A DNA stretch of 64,000 nucleotides from a virus, in IMG/VR virus record IMGVR_UViG_3300028908_000007, positions 11,389 through 75,388 of that record, one strand, 5' to 3'. The translations under genes and the position numbers were made by a program. Position 1 is the first letter of the stretch, and each line of letters starts with the position of its first letter. Under the pieces are notes generated by a model. That model ran no database searches. It had not been told where the DNA came from and saw only the letters and a list, made by a program, of their open reading frames with translations. Positions 39,454 through 48,855 of this stretch are shown in pieces.

Positions 39454-39939
39454 ATGACTAATATTTCCATTGCCGCCATCGGAGTCGATGTAGTAAAAGA
39501 CGTTAGCAAATATCTGGATGAAAATAAGGAAACATATCCAAAGGCTATGGAAGGGTTGGAGGAACTATCCAAAATAACAGTATCTATGTTTCTACATCCT
39601 AGATCGATGAAAAAGATACAGAAACTTATGGAAGAGAATCAGGAATTCAGAGACATGGTTTTTACTACTTATACTCGTTTCCATATGAGACTTAAATATG
39701 ACTATGAGCGCTTGGGTGTAACAACTGATAAGTTAATTTCTTCCATAGTCGAATCTGTACAGTACTATGGAGGAAGCTCATACATGGGATATGTAGAGAA
39801 ACATGAAATGCCTGAGACCAGCACAAGTCAGATACTCTGGGAACGATATAATTCATCTGAAGCAAATGTATGGATCAAGTACAATCCATACGCTATTGTT
39901 TTGTTTCTTATTCTGGTTTATTATAACGATAATTCGTGA
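39454..39939 (+). CDS. Hypothetical protein with C-terminal hydrophobic segment
   Basis: GGAGAAACAACATG RBS; promoter-like TATATAATAACTGT upstream. Confidence 0.75.
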   Translation: MTNISIAAIGVDVVKDVSKYLDENKETYPKAMEGLEELSKITVSMFLHPRSMKKIQKLMEENQEFRDMVFTTYTRFHMRLKYDYERLGVTTDKLISSIVESVQYYGGSSYMGYVEKHEMPETSTSQILWERYNSSEANVWIKYNPYAIVLFLILVYYNDNS

Positions 39940-40043
39940 TAAAAAAAATGTCAAATCGATTTAACACATTCACATATTTTTTAAGTGAGAAGGTTAGAGA
40001 TCTTCTCAAATTCACCCACAACTCAACTAGAGGTAATATCCTT

Positions 40044-40772
40044 ATGGCAAGTATCAAAGACCAAATGAAAACCATCCAAGAAAACCCGAATTTCGAGCCG
40101 AGAATCATTGGCTCTGTATTGGATAAATGCAAACAGGTTCCAGAGCTCTATGAGGAGCCGCATATCAATCTTAACCCAGACATGTACTCACACGGTCCAA
40201 ATGCTGAGGATGTGGAACTGGGCAGGAAGCTGAGTCCGTTCTGGTTCAGGAAGTTCGAGTATCTCGGGAATATTTACCCGAATATGGACTTTTTTATGAA
40301 CACCATCAACATTGCCAGAGGGGATCTTCGTGAAAAGATCCGTCCCTCAGCTTCTCGATCCATTGCCGGTTTTGTTCGGAGGAACAAATATAAAAAGATA
40401 CACCTTCCGAACTACTGGGCGCTCGTCACAGACGCAATGATTGCATCTATAAAGAAAGACGAGAAACTCATGGCGATGCTGTATGAGAGCAAGGCGCCCT
40501 TCACCATGTACTCGATGAAGGACGCAGAGGTACACGGCTGTACATATAGCGTTGTCGAATATAACCCTGTACTGGCGAAGTATGTCGGTATGATGGAGGA
40601 GATCAGAACTGTTCTGAAGAAAGGAGGTGGTGTTTTCGACAACGATCTCGTTCTGGAGCTGTTGGAGAATATCAAGGCAGACAAAGAAGCCGACATGCTC
40701 GAAGGCATCATGTCCGTGCTCTTCATCAAAGAGAAGGATGGTTCGAACAAACAACAGGACGAATCCGCTTAA
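40044..40772 (+). CDS. Conserved jumbo-phage protein with NADAR/YbiA-like resemblance (phiKZ gp147-like)
   Basis: HINL...ELGRKLSPFW..F..LG..YPNMDFF; start at MASIK after a GAGGT RBS; GC-richer codon usage. Confidence 0.5.
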   Translation: MASIKDQMKTIQENPNFEPRIIGSVLDKCKQVPELYEEPHINLNPDMYSHGPNAEDVELGRKLSPFWFRKFEYLGNIYPNMDFFMNTINIARGDLREKIRPSASRSIAGFVRRNKYKKIHLPNYWALVTDAMIASIKKDEKLMAMLYESKAPFTMYSMKDAEVHGCTYSVVEYNPVLAKYVGMMEEIRTVLKKGGGVFDNDLVLELLENIKADKEADMLEGIMSVLFIKEKDGSNKQQDESA

Positions 40773-40811
40773 CTGTTAGTCGGGCTTTGTTTTGCAAGCA
40801 AAGCCCTAAAC

Positions 40812-40888
40812 GGGCCTTTAGCTCAGTTGGTTAGAGCAGTCGACTCATAATCGATTGGTCGCAGGTTCGAGCCCTGCAAGGCCCACCA
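40812..40888 (+). tRNA. tRNA-Ile2 (CAT anticodon, lysidine type); tRNA-Met less likely
   Basis: 77 nt; acceptor stem GGGCCTT/AAGGCCC, discriminator A, encoded CCA; loop CT-CAT-AA; GTTCGAG T-arm. C4:G69 and C5:G68 are present and the sequence resembles E. coli ileX; no initiator features. Confidence 0.88.
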
Positions 40889-40889
40889 T

Positions 40890-40974
40890 CGGGGTGTGGC
40901 GAAATTGGCAGACGCAAGGAACTTAAGATTCCTCGGTTTTTACCGTGTCGGTTCGAGTCCGACCACCCCGACCA
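40890..40974 (+). tRNA. tRNA-Leu (TAA)
   Basis: 85 nt; acceptor stem CGGGGTG/CACCCCG, discriminator A, encoded CCA; AGGAA-CTTAAGA-TTCCT anticodon arm; long variable arm; GTTCGAG. Confidence 0.95.
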
Positions 40975-40982
40975 TTGCCTAT

Positions 40983-41027
40983 TACTGTCTCCCTCGCCTA
41001 ACGGTGGGGGAGACAGTATTTTTTTTT
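40983..41027 (+). terminator. Terminator after the tRNA pair
   Basis: Stem TACTGTCTCCC/GGGAGACAGTA followed by a T9 run. Confidence 0.9.
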
Positions 41028-41068
41028 CTTCCTTCGGAATTTTATGAATTTTGGCTTGGAGATTTTAA

Positions 41069-43051
41069 ATGCCTCTTCGCTACGAAGAATTTCAATTACC
41101 TACAGAAGGTCAAATCCTTTCAGACGTTCTGACAAAACAAGGAAGGTTGAGTAATTATACTCCAGACCTTTTAAACGGACAACCTATAAGTAATTACCTT
41201 ACAAAAGGAGTATTAGAAGAAAAAATAAAGAATACACCTAGAAAGGACTTTTTAGAATACTTTACTATTGATATTAGAGAACATACCGGGTATACAGATC
41301 CAGATGTGACTAGGACAGGGATATTAGCAACTGGTTATATAAGTGCCGATGGATTAAACGGACACTATGACGATGTATCTGGTGTAGAATGGAGATACAG
41401 ATATGTAGGACAAGATTGGATATATGAGAAATACCCATGGATACAGACATATATTACTGTTCCTCTCAATAAACCAGGAGCTACTGTAGAAGTACAATGT
41501 AGAGTACAATTTGGTACACATCAAAGTGCCTGGTCTGATACATTTACTTATACCTTAAGTATGACAAATGAAGTATTACCCATTCCTAGACTATGGAATT
41601 CAGAGATTACGGTAGATGGTAACTTTATTATTGATGTAGAAAATAAAGACTACTACAAAACTATAATTACTAGGTCTTATGTTTCTTTATATACGTTAGA
41701 TGGACGTTTTATGTATACTAGAAGTACTGCTATTGGTTTCGATCAATGTTACCTTCCTCCAAATGTACCTGCTGGAGAATACTACGCATTAACACGTTAT
41801 AGAACCGACGGTGCTAGAAACTATAGTCCTTTTGGGCTGGATAAAGTCTATATAAAAGAACGTGGTCGTAAATGCGTTATTGTCGATATGAAGAATACAA
41901 ACAAATGGGCACAACCTCCATACGATATGTTAGATGTTCGCTCTCCCTCCATATGCGCCTATGGTGAAGACGGTGACTTGGCAGTCGGTTTCAATGGTGG
42001 TTTAAACGCTGTAAACAATACGACTTTCCCGAATGACTATGGTTTTACTCATGTAACTATCTTAAACAAAGACAATGAAGTCGCAGAGATAATACCATTT
42101 GATGTAAAATGGCCTTCTGATATCGATCCCGCGTCAGGTCCTCCAAATTATACTATAAACAGAACTCCTATTTTATTAGGTCTTACCTATGAGGGAGGTG
42201 CGTTATATGCATTATGTATGGATTTGACAAATGCACCAGTAAGTGGGTCTATATATACTACAGTAATTTATAGATACAAGGCGGTGAAGGATACAACCTA
42301 TGAAACACATTGGGAGTTATTTAAAGTAGTCAATAGTCCTGCTGTAGGTGATTCATTTAAAGGATATACTATATGTCATTCATTTGTTGGATTAGGAAAT
42401 GGGTATATAGCTTGTAATCTTGGCAGTTTTACAGGAAGAACAAACTGGCTATATGTAATAAACACTAATACTGGTAATATACGAGCTACAGTAAACAGGA
42501 ATACGAATGGAGACTTACTGGCTACAGATTATAGGGGAACCCTTTATATATTGGATATCATTGGTAACAAAATGTACAAATCCACAGATGGTGGAGTAAC
42601 GATTACTCAAGTAACCTACACTAGCGGTACTCCTATTCCAGTAATTGGAAATACATATAATACATACGGATGGACTCCAATTGAAGTGTCGTCTTGTATT
42701 AGTGTTGCTAGCTCACAAGACGGACGTATAATTATTACACATCCAAGAGAAGTATTGGATAGAATACCTCAGATTCGTGGTTTTAATATACATAGGGGAT
42801 TTTGGCAGTATTATTACGATGCTGCGCACTATTATACAAACCAAACCAATATCAACCTAACGACACCTAGCCAGAATCATAACAACCTCAGAGGAGGTGA
42901 TAGCAAGTATCAATACAAAATAAATACAGCAGTTACCAATGGTAGTAGACTGTATTTGATAGGTGGAACTGGGTTTGTAAAAACAGTGACTTGGACTGAT
43001 GGTGGAAATCAAAACAAGCATTTTCCTGTTCTGAGGCAGTATAACGTTTAG
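41069..43051 (+). CDS. Tail-fibre-like protein, array member 1 (anchor motif, Fn3-like domains, beta-propeller)
   Basis: YTPDLLNG anchor; 'H...EWRY..VQCRVQ..SAWSDTFT' Fn3-like unit; beta-rich C-terminus with RLYLIGG. Confidence 0.7.
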   Translation: MPLRYEEFQLPTEGQILSDVLTKQGRLSNYTPDLLNGQPISNYLTKGVLEEKIKNTPRKDFLEYFTIDIREHTGYTDPDVTRTGILATGYISADGLNGHYDDVSGVEWRYRYVGQDWIYEKYPWIQTYITVPLNKPGATVEVQCRVQFGTHQSAWSDTFTYTLSMTNEVLPIPRLWNSEITVDGNFIIDVENKDYYKTIITRSYVSLYTLDGRFMYTRSTAIGFDQCYLPPNVPAGEYYALTRYRTDGARNYSPFGLDKVYIKERGRKCVIVDMKNTNKWAQPPYDMLDVRSPSICAYGEDGDLAVGFNGGLNAVNNTTFPNDYGFTHVTILNKDNEVAEIIPFDVKWPSDIDPASGPPNYTINRTPILLGLTYEGGALYALCMDLTNAPVSGSIYTTVIYRYKAVKDTTYETHWELFKVVNSPAVGDSFKGYTICHSFVGLGNGYIACNLGSFTGRTNWLYVINTNTGNIRATVNRNTNGDLLATDYRGTLYILDIIGNKMYKSTDGGVTITQVTYTSGTPIPVIGNTYNTYGWTPIEVSSCISVASSQDGRIIITHPREVLDRIPQIRGFNIHRGFWQYYYDAAHYYTNQTNINLTTPSQNHNNLRGGDSKYQYKINTAVTNGSRLYLIGGTGFVKTVTWTDGGNQNKHFPVLRQYNV

Positions 43052-43060
43052 GAATATCCG

Positions 43061-45058
43061 ATGGGGCGAATCAGAAGACAGAATACAGTATTTTCCAAAG
43101 ACGACTTACTTGGCTTGATTTCCAGTAAGAAAGTCTTGGATGCAAAAACCATAGACGGCTTTAGTGCTGGGGAATTCATGACCAAGGAAGAATGGTATAT
43201 GTGGATAAAGAATCTTTCCATGGAAGGAAGGGAATATGTTTCTGGAGCAAAAGTAGTTTACCCAGTACATGGAGATATTGACGTAGATGATTTATTTCAG
43301 ATAGAAGTACTTCCTAGTGGAGAATATAGTAATAATAAACACAGAGCTACTTCTTGGTATGTGTTTAAAGATCCAGGACTTACCAAACTACTAGATTGCA
43401 GTATAGAGGATGTAGTTAATCTTACTTCCTGGAGGCCTCATATGCGTGGTCTTCAAACAGGCTATTTGGTAGTAAAGATACATCACGACCTTATGAATAG
43501 TTGGTATAGCGTTCCCGTGCGATTTAAAACCAAGAGCGATTATACTAACATCTCAGCGCCTGAACCCTATATAGTAAAAGGAAGTACTAGTCTCAATAGA
43601 ACGATTGTGCGAATAGACGGGCGGTCATATGGAGAAAATCCTACTATAGATCCAGATAATGTAGATTGGGTATTATCCAAGAAAAGATTAAACGGCTATT
43701 ATGAGGTAGTGCGTAGTGAGTTAGATTCCACACAGTTTAAGAAATATATCGATATATGGTCTGGTGAATTAAAACCAAATACAGAAATACGTATAAAGAC
43801 AAGGTACCAGATTAACGGTAAAAAAGGACCATGGGGATATGTAGATTTTAAAATACCTTATAATGCAGTTTCGTATAAATATAAGAAGTTGATGAATACA
43901 CCATTAATTATACAACACATAGTACCACTTGGTGGTGATGAGTTTGTATTCTTTACTGGAGAAACTTCCTTAAAAAGAGGACCTATAGACATAGAGAGAG
44001 CTGGTAACGTATGTAGCGTATTTATATATAATGCCAAAACAGGAGATATTCGCTCACTTCCAAACCTACCCACAGCGATGCAGAAAGATTACGGGGTAGG
44101 ATATCATCCACGAGAGAATAGATTATATATCGTAGGTGGGTTTTCATTACAAGATTCTTTTTATCCGAACAGTATTAAACCTACCAAAGCATCTAGAGCT
44201 GTTTGGTATCTTGAATTAGATAGGGTATTAGGGAGAAACCATCCATATGTCAATGGCAAATATGGAAGAACAGAAGATACAGCCGTTTATAAACATCCGT
44301 CGAGTATGGAAAATGAAGCACAGTGGAAAGTATTTGGACAGCTTTACGATACAACGAGTGGAAAGAGTCCTATTGTAATAGAATTTACAAGAAGAGGAGT
44401 ATACAATCCTGCTACCAATAAATTGTACTTTATTGCTAGTCATAGTTGGAACTATGAGAACAACTCTACTTTTGATGATGGAAATAAAACTTACCTTATT
44501 GGTATAAACGCTAGTGGAAAATCTTATACAATAGATCCTTTTCCAACGACATATAATTCAAGACGCACAGCATTTACAAGACTTGCGGATGGTAGAGCTT
44601 TGGCTACTACTTTTCATCCAAGATTACCGAATAGTCCTAATGAAGCCCCATCAAATACAACAACATTTGTTACTAGTGATCCTACAGACTGGGAAGGTAG
44701 TTGGGTGCCTGCGCCTGCCAGACCTGGAGGTCCTGGCTTTCCAGCCACACATGGTGGATATATGGATACGACAACGGAAGGACTTACTCTCTTTATAGGA
44801 GACTATAACTATGGCGGGAGAGCAGACTTTGGAGTATTAACCAATTATGCCTGCCAATATGATTTTGTTCAAGATAAGTGGTATCTTGTTTCAAATATTC
44901 CGTTGGCTGGAGCAAATTCGATCTTGGCAGCTGGAGATGATTATTTTCTAATCGCTCAGCGGACAACTTCTGTATTTGGATTTAGTAATGGTAATCCAGG
45001 GGAATTTCCACATTCTGAAGCAAACACAAACATCATCAAGGTTTCTCTATGTACGTAG
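43061..45058 (+). CDS. Tail-fibre-like Fn3-Kelch protein, array member 2
   Basis: LDAKTIDG anchor; HRATSW..SWYS..RFKT; Kelch-like blades such as YNAKTGDIRSLPNLP, RLYIVGG and YDFVQDKWY. Confidence 0.75.
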   Translation: MGRIRRQNTVFSKDDLLGLISSKKVLDAKTIDGFSAGEFMTKEEWYMWIKNLSMEGREYVSGAKVVYPVHGDIDVDDLFQIEVLPSGEYSNNKHRATSWYVFKDPGLTKLLDCSIEDVVNLTSWRPHMRGLQTGYLVVKIHHDLMNSWYSVPVRFKTKSDYTNISAPEPYIVKGSTSLNRTIVRIDGRSYGENPTIDPDNVDWVLSKKRLNGYYEVVRSELDSTQFKKYIDIWSGELKPNTEIRIKTRYQINGKKGPWGYVDFKIPYNAVSYKYKKLMNTPLIIQHIVPLGGDEFVFFTGETSLKRGPIDIERAGNVCSVFIYNAKTGDIRSLPNLPTAMQKDYGVGYHPRENRLYIVGGFSLQDSFYPNSIKPTKASRAVWYLELDRVLGRNHPYVNGKYGRTEDTAVYKHPSSMENEAQWKVFGQLYDTTSGKSPIVIEFTRRGVYNPATNKLYFIASHSWNYENNSTFDDGNKTYLIGINASGKSYTIDPFPTTYNSRRTAFTRLADGRALATTFHPRLPNSPNEAPSNTTTFVTSDPTDWEGSWVPAPARPGGPGFPATHGGYMDTTTEGLTLFIGDYNYGGRADFGVLTNYACQYDFVQDKWYLVSNIPLAGANSILAAGDDYFLIAQRTTSVFGFSNGNPGEFPHSEANTNIIKVSLCT

Positions 45059-47010
45059 AACCATATAAAAGACCGGATATCACAGTTAGTGATATAACTC
45101 AACTCCTAGGAAATAACCAAGGACATGGAAAAGGATTGGATGCCGGTTCTTTGGAAGGACTTAGATTATCAGACTTTGTTTTGAAGGATGATGCTTTTAC
45201 AGGATCTGATATAAACTATACCACACACGATGATATTACAGAACCACCCATGGGTATTATAGAGCAAGATAATAATACATGTGTGTGGTTATTGACACAA
45301 ATACCAGAACATAATAAGAAGTATAATATAGAATTTGATACTCTTCGAGTTATCTATTACGATAGTTCACAAACTTACATACGATTTGTCGATTATAGTG
45401 CGTTATTCAATAAAGTACGTTTTATGGATAGTATAGATGGTCATAAGACCATGCTTACTGAATTGAATACAAACACTACGTATTATATACGTTTCTTCTA
45501 CTCTGATAGTCGTACTGGTTGGAGATCACACTACAGCGATTATATAGAAGTTAATACTACTGCTGATTATAATTATACAAAAGATCCTGAAATTACGTTC
45601 TATAATAATAAGAAAAAACAATCTACATATCCTTCCATAGGTGTCTCTGTAAATATCACAGATGACTTCAAAGGTGTTGGAGGGATACGAAAGATACAAT
45701 GTATCGTAATAGATAAAGAAACTACAGAAGTAGCATATTCAGACATACAAGGTCAACGAAGTGGAAATATACATATTCCTCCAGGTAAATTGGAACCTAA
45801 CACCGATTACATCATAGCTGTAAGATGGTTTAATGGATTTGTTTGGTCTAATTGGATAAGTGACACATTTACTACACATTATAAAGGAGTAATAAAAAGA
45901 TTATACGCATATACATACTATTCAAGTGGACTTAGCTATGTGGCAAATACCGATACAGCTACCTTTGATGATAGAGAGGGAATTGTAGCTACTTTTCCAG
46001 GACGACATGTTGCAGATAATAGAACAATAACTTCTATCTCTGCTAACATATCTCCGAAAATGTCATACTGGTTACGTAGAAGATCTTATCCAATTAATAG
46101 TAATACTGGTGTATACAATGTTACAGACCCTACTGGACCAGGTGTCATAGGAGCTGCTGCTGCGTTATATTACAAAAATGGTACTATAAAAAGAGCTATG
46201 ACTTATGGAGGTATTAACATAGGTAGTGGTTTTTTGGTTAGGAGACCACACATAGTTGAATATAACGGACTTAATATGTATACCGCTACCACCAGTACAG
46301 GAAGTTGGTTATCTACATGGGGTGTAGCATTTCATACACTTACTGGCGTATTAGACTACCAAGCAGCATACTTAATTGGTGGGGTAGCTGTAGGTGGAGA
46401 TGCAGCACCTCCTGCTACGAATCCCTATCTGTTTGGTACTGATGAAATGTCTGGGTTTTCAATAGTAACAAATATATACGAGGTTACAGAAACCGGTATA
46501 GTAAAACATATGAAAAAAGCAATAGATAGACCAACTTCTCATGCTGCGGCTACACTTGTAGATACTTTTAAAATTCTATATTTTGGAGGTGTAGATAAAT
46601 ATGGAACACCTTCTAAACGAGCATACCTGGTAGATGTGAAAGCACGTACAGTAACAAGGTTACCAGATCTTCCATTCCCTATCTACAATCATAGAGCAGT
46701 AACAGTACGAGGAGATAGAGTTATCGTATACGGAGGTGTTGTTTCTACTTTATACAATACAGCCACGGGTACTGATTACATCGTAAATGATCTGGTAGAT
46801 AATAGTGGTTGTGTTTATGATTATGACTGGAGGAGGGGAAAAATGGAAATTATTGATATCTTACCAGGCTTCAGAGAGCGTGGTATTATGGGAGTTCCCT
46901 ATGAAAACAATGTTGTTGTTCGAGGCGGTGGTAAATTCTCTACTGGAAGATCTGGAGATACTACCTATTCAAACTCAGCAGCCGAAATAACGTATGTTTA
47001 CGAGGTTTGA
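45049..47010 (+). CDS. Tail-fibre-like Fn3-Kelch protein, array member 3
   Basis: GKGLDAGSLEG anchor; LNTNTTYYIR and LEPNTDY..VRW..WSNW; Kelch blades FHTLT..YLIGG, HAAAT..ILYFGG and LPDLPFPIYNHRA..VIVYGG. Confidence 0.8.
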   Translation: MYVEPYKRPDITVSDITQLLGNNQGHGKGLDAGSLEGLRLSDFVLKDDAFTGSDINYTTHDDITEPPMGIIEQDNNTCVWLLTQIPEHNKKYNIEFDTLRVIYYDSSQTYIRFVDYSALFNKVRFMDSIDGHKTMLTELNTNTTYYIRFFYSDSRTGWRSHYSDYIEVNTTADYNYTKDPEITFYNNKKKQSTYPSIGVSVNITDDFKGVGGIRKIQCIVIDKETTEVAYSDIQGQRSGNIHIPPGKLEPNTDYIIAVRWFNGFVWSNWISDTFTTHYKGVIKRLYAYTYYSSGLSYVANTDTATFDDREGIVATFPGRHVADNRTITSISANISPKMSYWLRRRSYPINSNTGVYNVTDPTGPGVIGAAAALYYKNGTIKRAMTYGGINIGSGFLVRRPHIVEYNGLNMYTATTSTGSWLSTWGVAFHTLTGVLDYQAAYLIGGVAVGGDAAPPATNPYLFGTDEMSGFSIVTNIYEVTETGIVKHMKKAIDRPTSHAAATLVDTFKILYFGGVDKYGTPSKRAYLVDVKARTVTRLPDLPFPIYNHRAVTVRGDRVIVYGGVVSTLYNTATGTDYIVNDLVDNSGCVYDYDWRRGKMEIIDILPGFRERGIMGVPYENNVVVRGGGKFSTGRSGDTTYSNSAAEITYVYEV

Positions 47011-47013
47011 TCC

Positions 47014-48855
47014 GTGTCCATAAAATACGATTACGAAACAGTAGGTCCTGATGAACTTACTGTTCTTGGTATTGTAGCTGATTTAGACGATACTGGAAAT
47101 TATGACGCTGACTCCTTAGATGGGAAACACGGGGAAGATATACTACGAAAGGATCAATTACAAGAACTCATGGATGAGAAAGTAAATCGCTTTACTACGA
47201 CTACTGCATTAGTTACTCCAATAATTCTATCTCCAGCTAACGGTGCTTCTAACATTAAAGAAGTTATAATAGAGATTTCTGTTAAGGATTCTTGGAACGT
47301 AGATATTGATTTAATACAAAAAGATTTATACTGGGATGTAGAAATTGCTACCGATAGTGCTTTTACCAATATCTTTAGATCTATATATAACGATGCTGCA
47401 AATCTTCCAGTATGGCGTCCTGATCTATTGGATAATACGACATATTATGCAAGGGCACGGATAATACAAAATGGTATAAAAAGCAACTGGTCTCCTATAG
47501 TTACATTTACTACAGGGACTACGCAGTATGCAAAAATCACAAATGATTCTGCTAAAGCTATCCATAGGGAAGATAACTCCAGGACATCATCAGTGCCTGT
47601 TGTTAGAATACCTAGCGCAAATACTATTATAAAAAAGAATGTTGGTAACTATATTCGTACGGAAATTTCAGTATTTAAAAATAATAAAAGAGCAATGAAA
47701 TATGGTAGTGGTACTCCTAGTACTGCTACCACACCTCCAGACGCTGTATGGAACGATGTAGTAACCAATTCAACTTCTGGTATTTCATATATACTTATAG
47801 ATCCTACGGTTCTTGAAGCAGATACAGAATATTACTGTAAGATTCGGTATGTATATCAAGGTACGTCAGGAATTAGTGAAATAAAAACCAATGCTACTGG
47901 ATTTGTATTCAAAACTAAAAAGTACATTAGAGATGTATCGCATATTCAATTACCCACTTATTTTACAAAAGGGCTTTATACTGGTCCTGGTGTTACTATC
48001 CAAACAACACAACCTCCAGTAGGAAAAATCGATAGCACTACTATTGTAATGCAAGCACATATTAGTGCTGCTGAAACTATATTATATCGAATGGAGGTAA
48101 AACCAGAAGGATTTGTACCCTATAGAGTCATACCGAATACTAATGGTGTTTTACAACAAAAACAAGCGCTCTGTTATCTTGCATCTGGACAGTGTCTGAT
48201 GATTGATACTAGCACACTTGAGACGCATATATTGCATCTGTGGGGTGCTGTTCAACAAGTAGGATCATTGGAGGCTGTCTCTACACCATCCAATAGAAAA
48301 CATCCTGGATTGGTACGTTTGTATAATGGAGACATATATGCTATATACTCAGCACAAGGTGGTGTAAACGACAAGAAGTTAATGAAGTTTGATACTACTA
48401 CCAATACATGGAGTTCTGCTGGTTTGAATCAGGGATTTACAAAACGAGATGCCTTTACAATTGCCGCTATAGATGAACGATATTTTATGGTGTTTGGCGG
48501 TTATAATCCAGACGATAACACCAGACCTACATTCGCAGAGATATATGATTCTGTAGACAACCAATGGTCTATGACTCCTACCATACCTCAAATGGCATAT
48601 AATTATGCCTATAATGTAGGTAATGGTATTCCTGTAGAATTATACACAGGTATCGTAGCGTTCGTTGGAGTAGAAACAATACAAAACAACGCTGCAACAT
48701 ACGTATGGGATAACCACAAACAAACATGGACTTTTTACATAACAGACGATGGAGCTCTTGGTAGCGGAGGCGGTGGAGCTACATTGCATCCTGGCGAAGC
48801 ATATGGATTCTCAGGATACAAACTAATAACAAGCCTTGTCAAGGTGGAGTTGTAG
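47014..48855 (+). CDS. Tail-fibre-like Fn3-Kelch protein, array member 4
   Basis: YDADSLDG anchor; EIATDSAFTN..NTTYYARAR..SNWSP.VTFTT; Kelch blades FDTTTNTWS and MVFGG..AEIYDSVDNQWS. Confidence 0.8.
   Translation: MSIKYDYETVGPDELTVLGIVADLDDTGNYDADSLDGKHGEDILRKDQLQELMDEKVNRFTTTTALVTPIILSPANGASNIKEVIIEISVKDSWNVDIDLIQKDLYWDVEIATDSAFTNIFRSIYNDAANLPVWRPDLLDNTTYYARARIIQNGIKSNWSPIVTFTTGTTQYAKITNDSAKAIHREDNSRTSSVPVVRIPSANTIIKKNVGNYIRTEISVFKNNKRAMKYGSGTPSTATTPPDAVWNDVVTNSTSGISYILIDPTVLEADTEYYCKIRYVYQGTSGISEIKTNATGFVFKTKKYIRDVSHIQLPTYFTKGLYTGPGVTIQTTQPPVGKIDSTTIVMQAHISAAETILYRMEVKPEGFVPYRVIPNTNGVLQQKQALCYLASGQCLMIDTSTLETHILHLWGAVQQVGSLEAVSTPSNRKHPGLVRLYNGDIYAIYSAQGGVNDKKLMKFDTTTNTWSSAGLNQGFTKRDAFTIAAIDERYFMVFGGYNPDDNTRPTFAEIYDSVDNQWSMTPTIPQMAYNYAYNVGNGIPVELYTGIVAFVGVETIQNNAATYVWDNHKQTWTFYITDDGALGSGGGGATLHPGEAYGFSGYKLITSLVKVEL

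Noticed and set aside
40812-40888. Initiator or elongator tRNA-Met call, or a tRNA used as a prophage att site
   Set aside because: It lacks the C1:A72 mismatch and the three G:C anticodon-stem pairs of an initiator and resembles Ile2. No integrase or duplicated tRNA 3' end was seen.
40896-41132. 78-aa ORF
   Set aside because: It overlies tRNA-Leu and its terminator.
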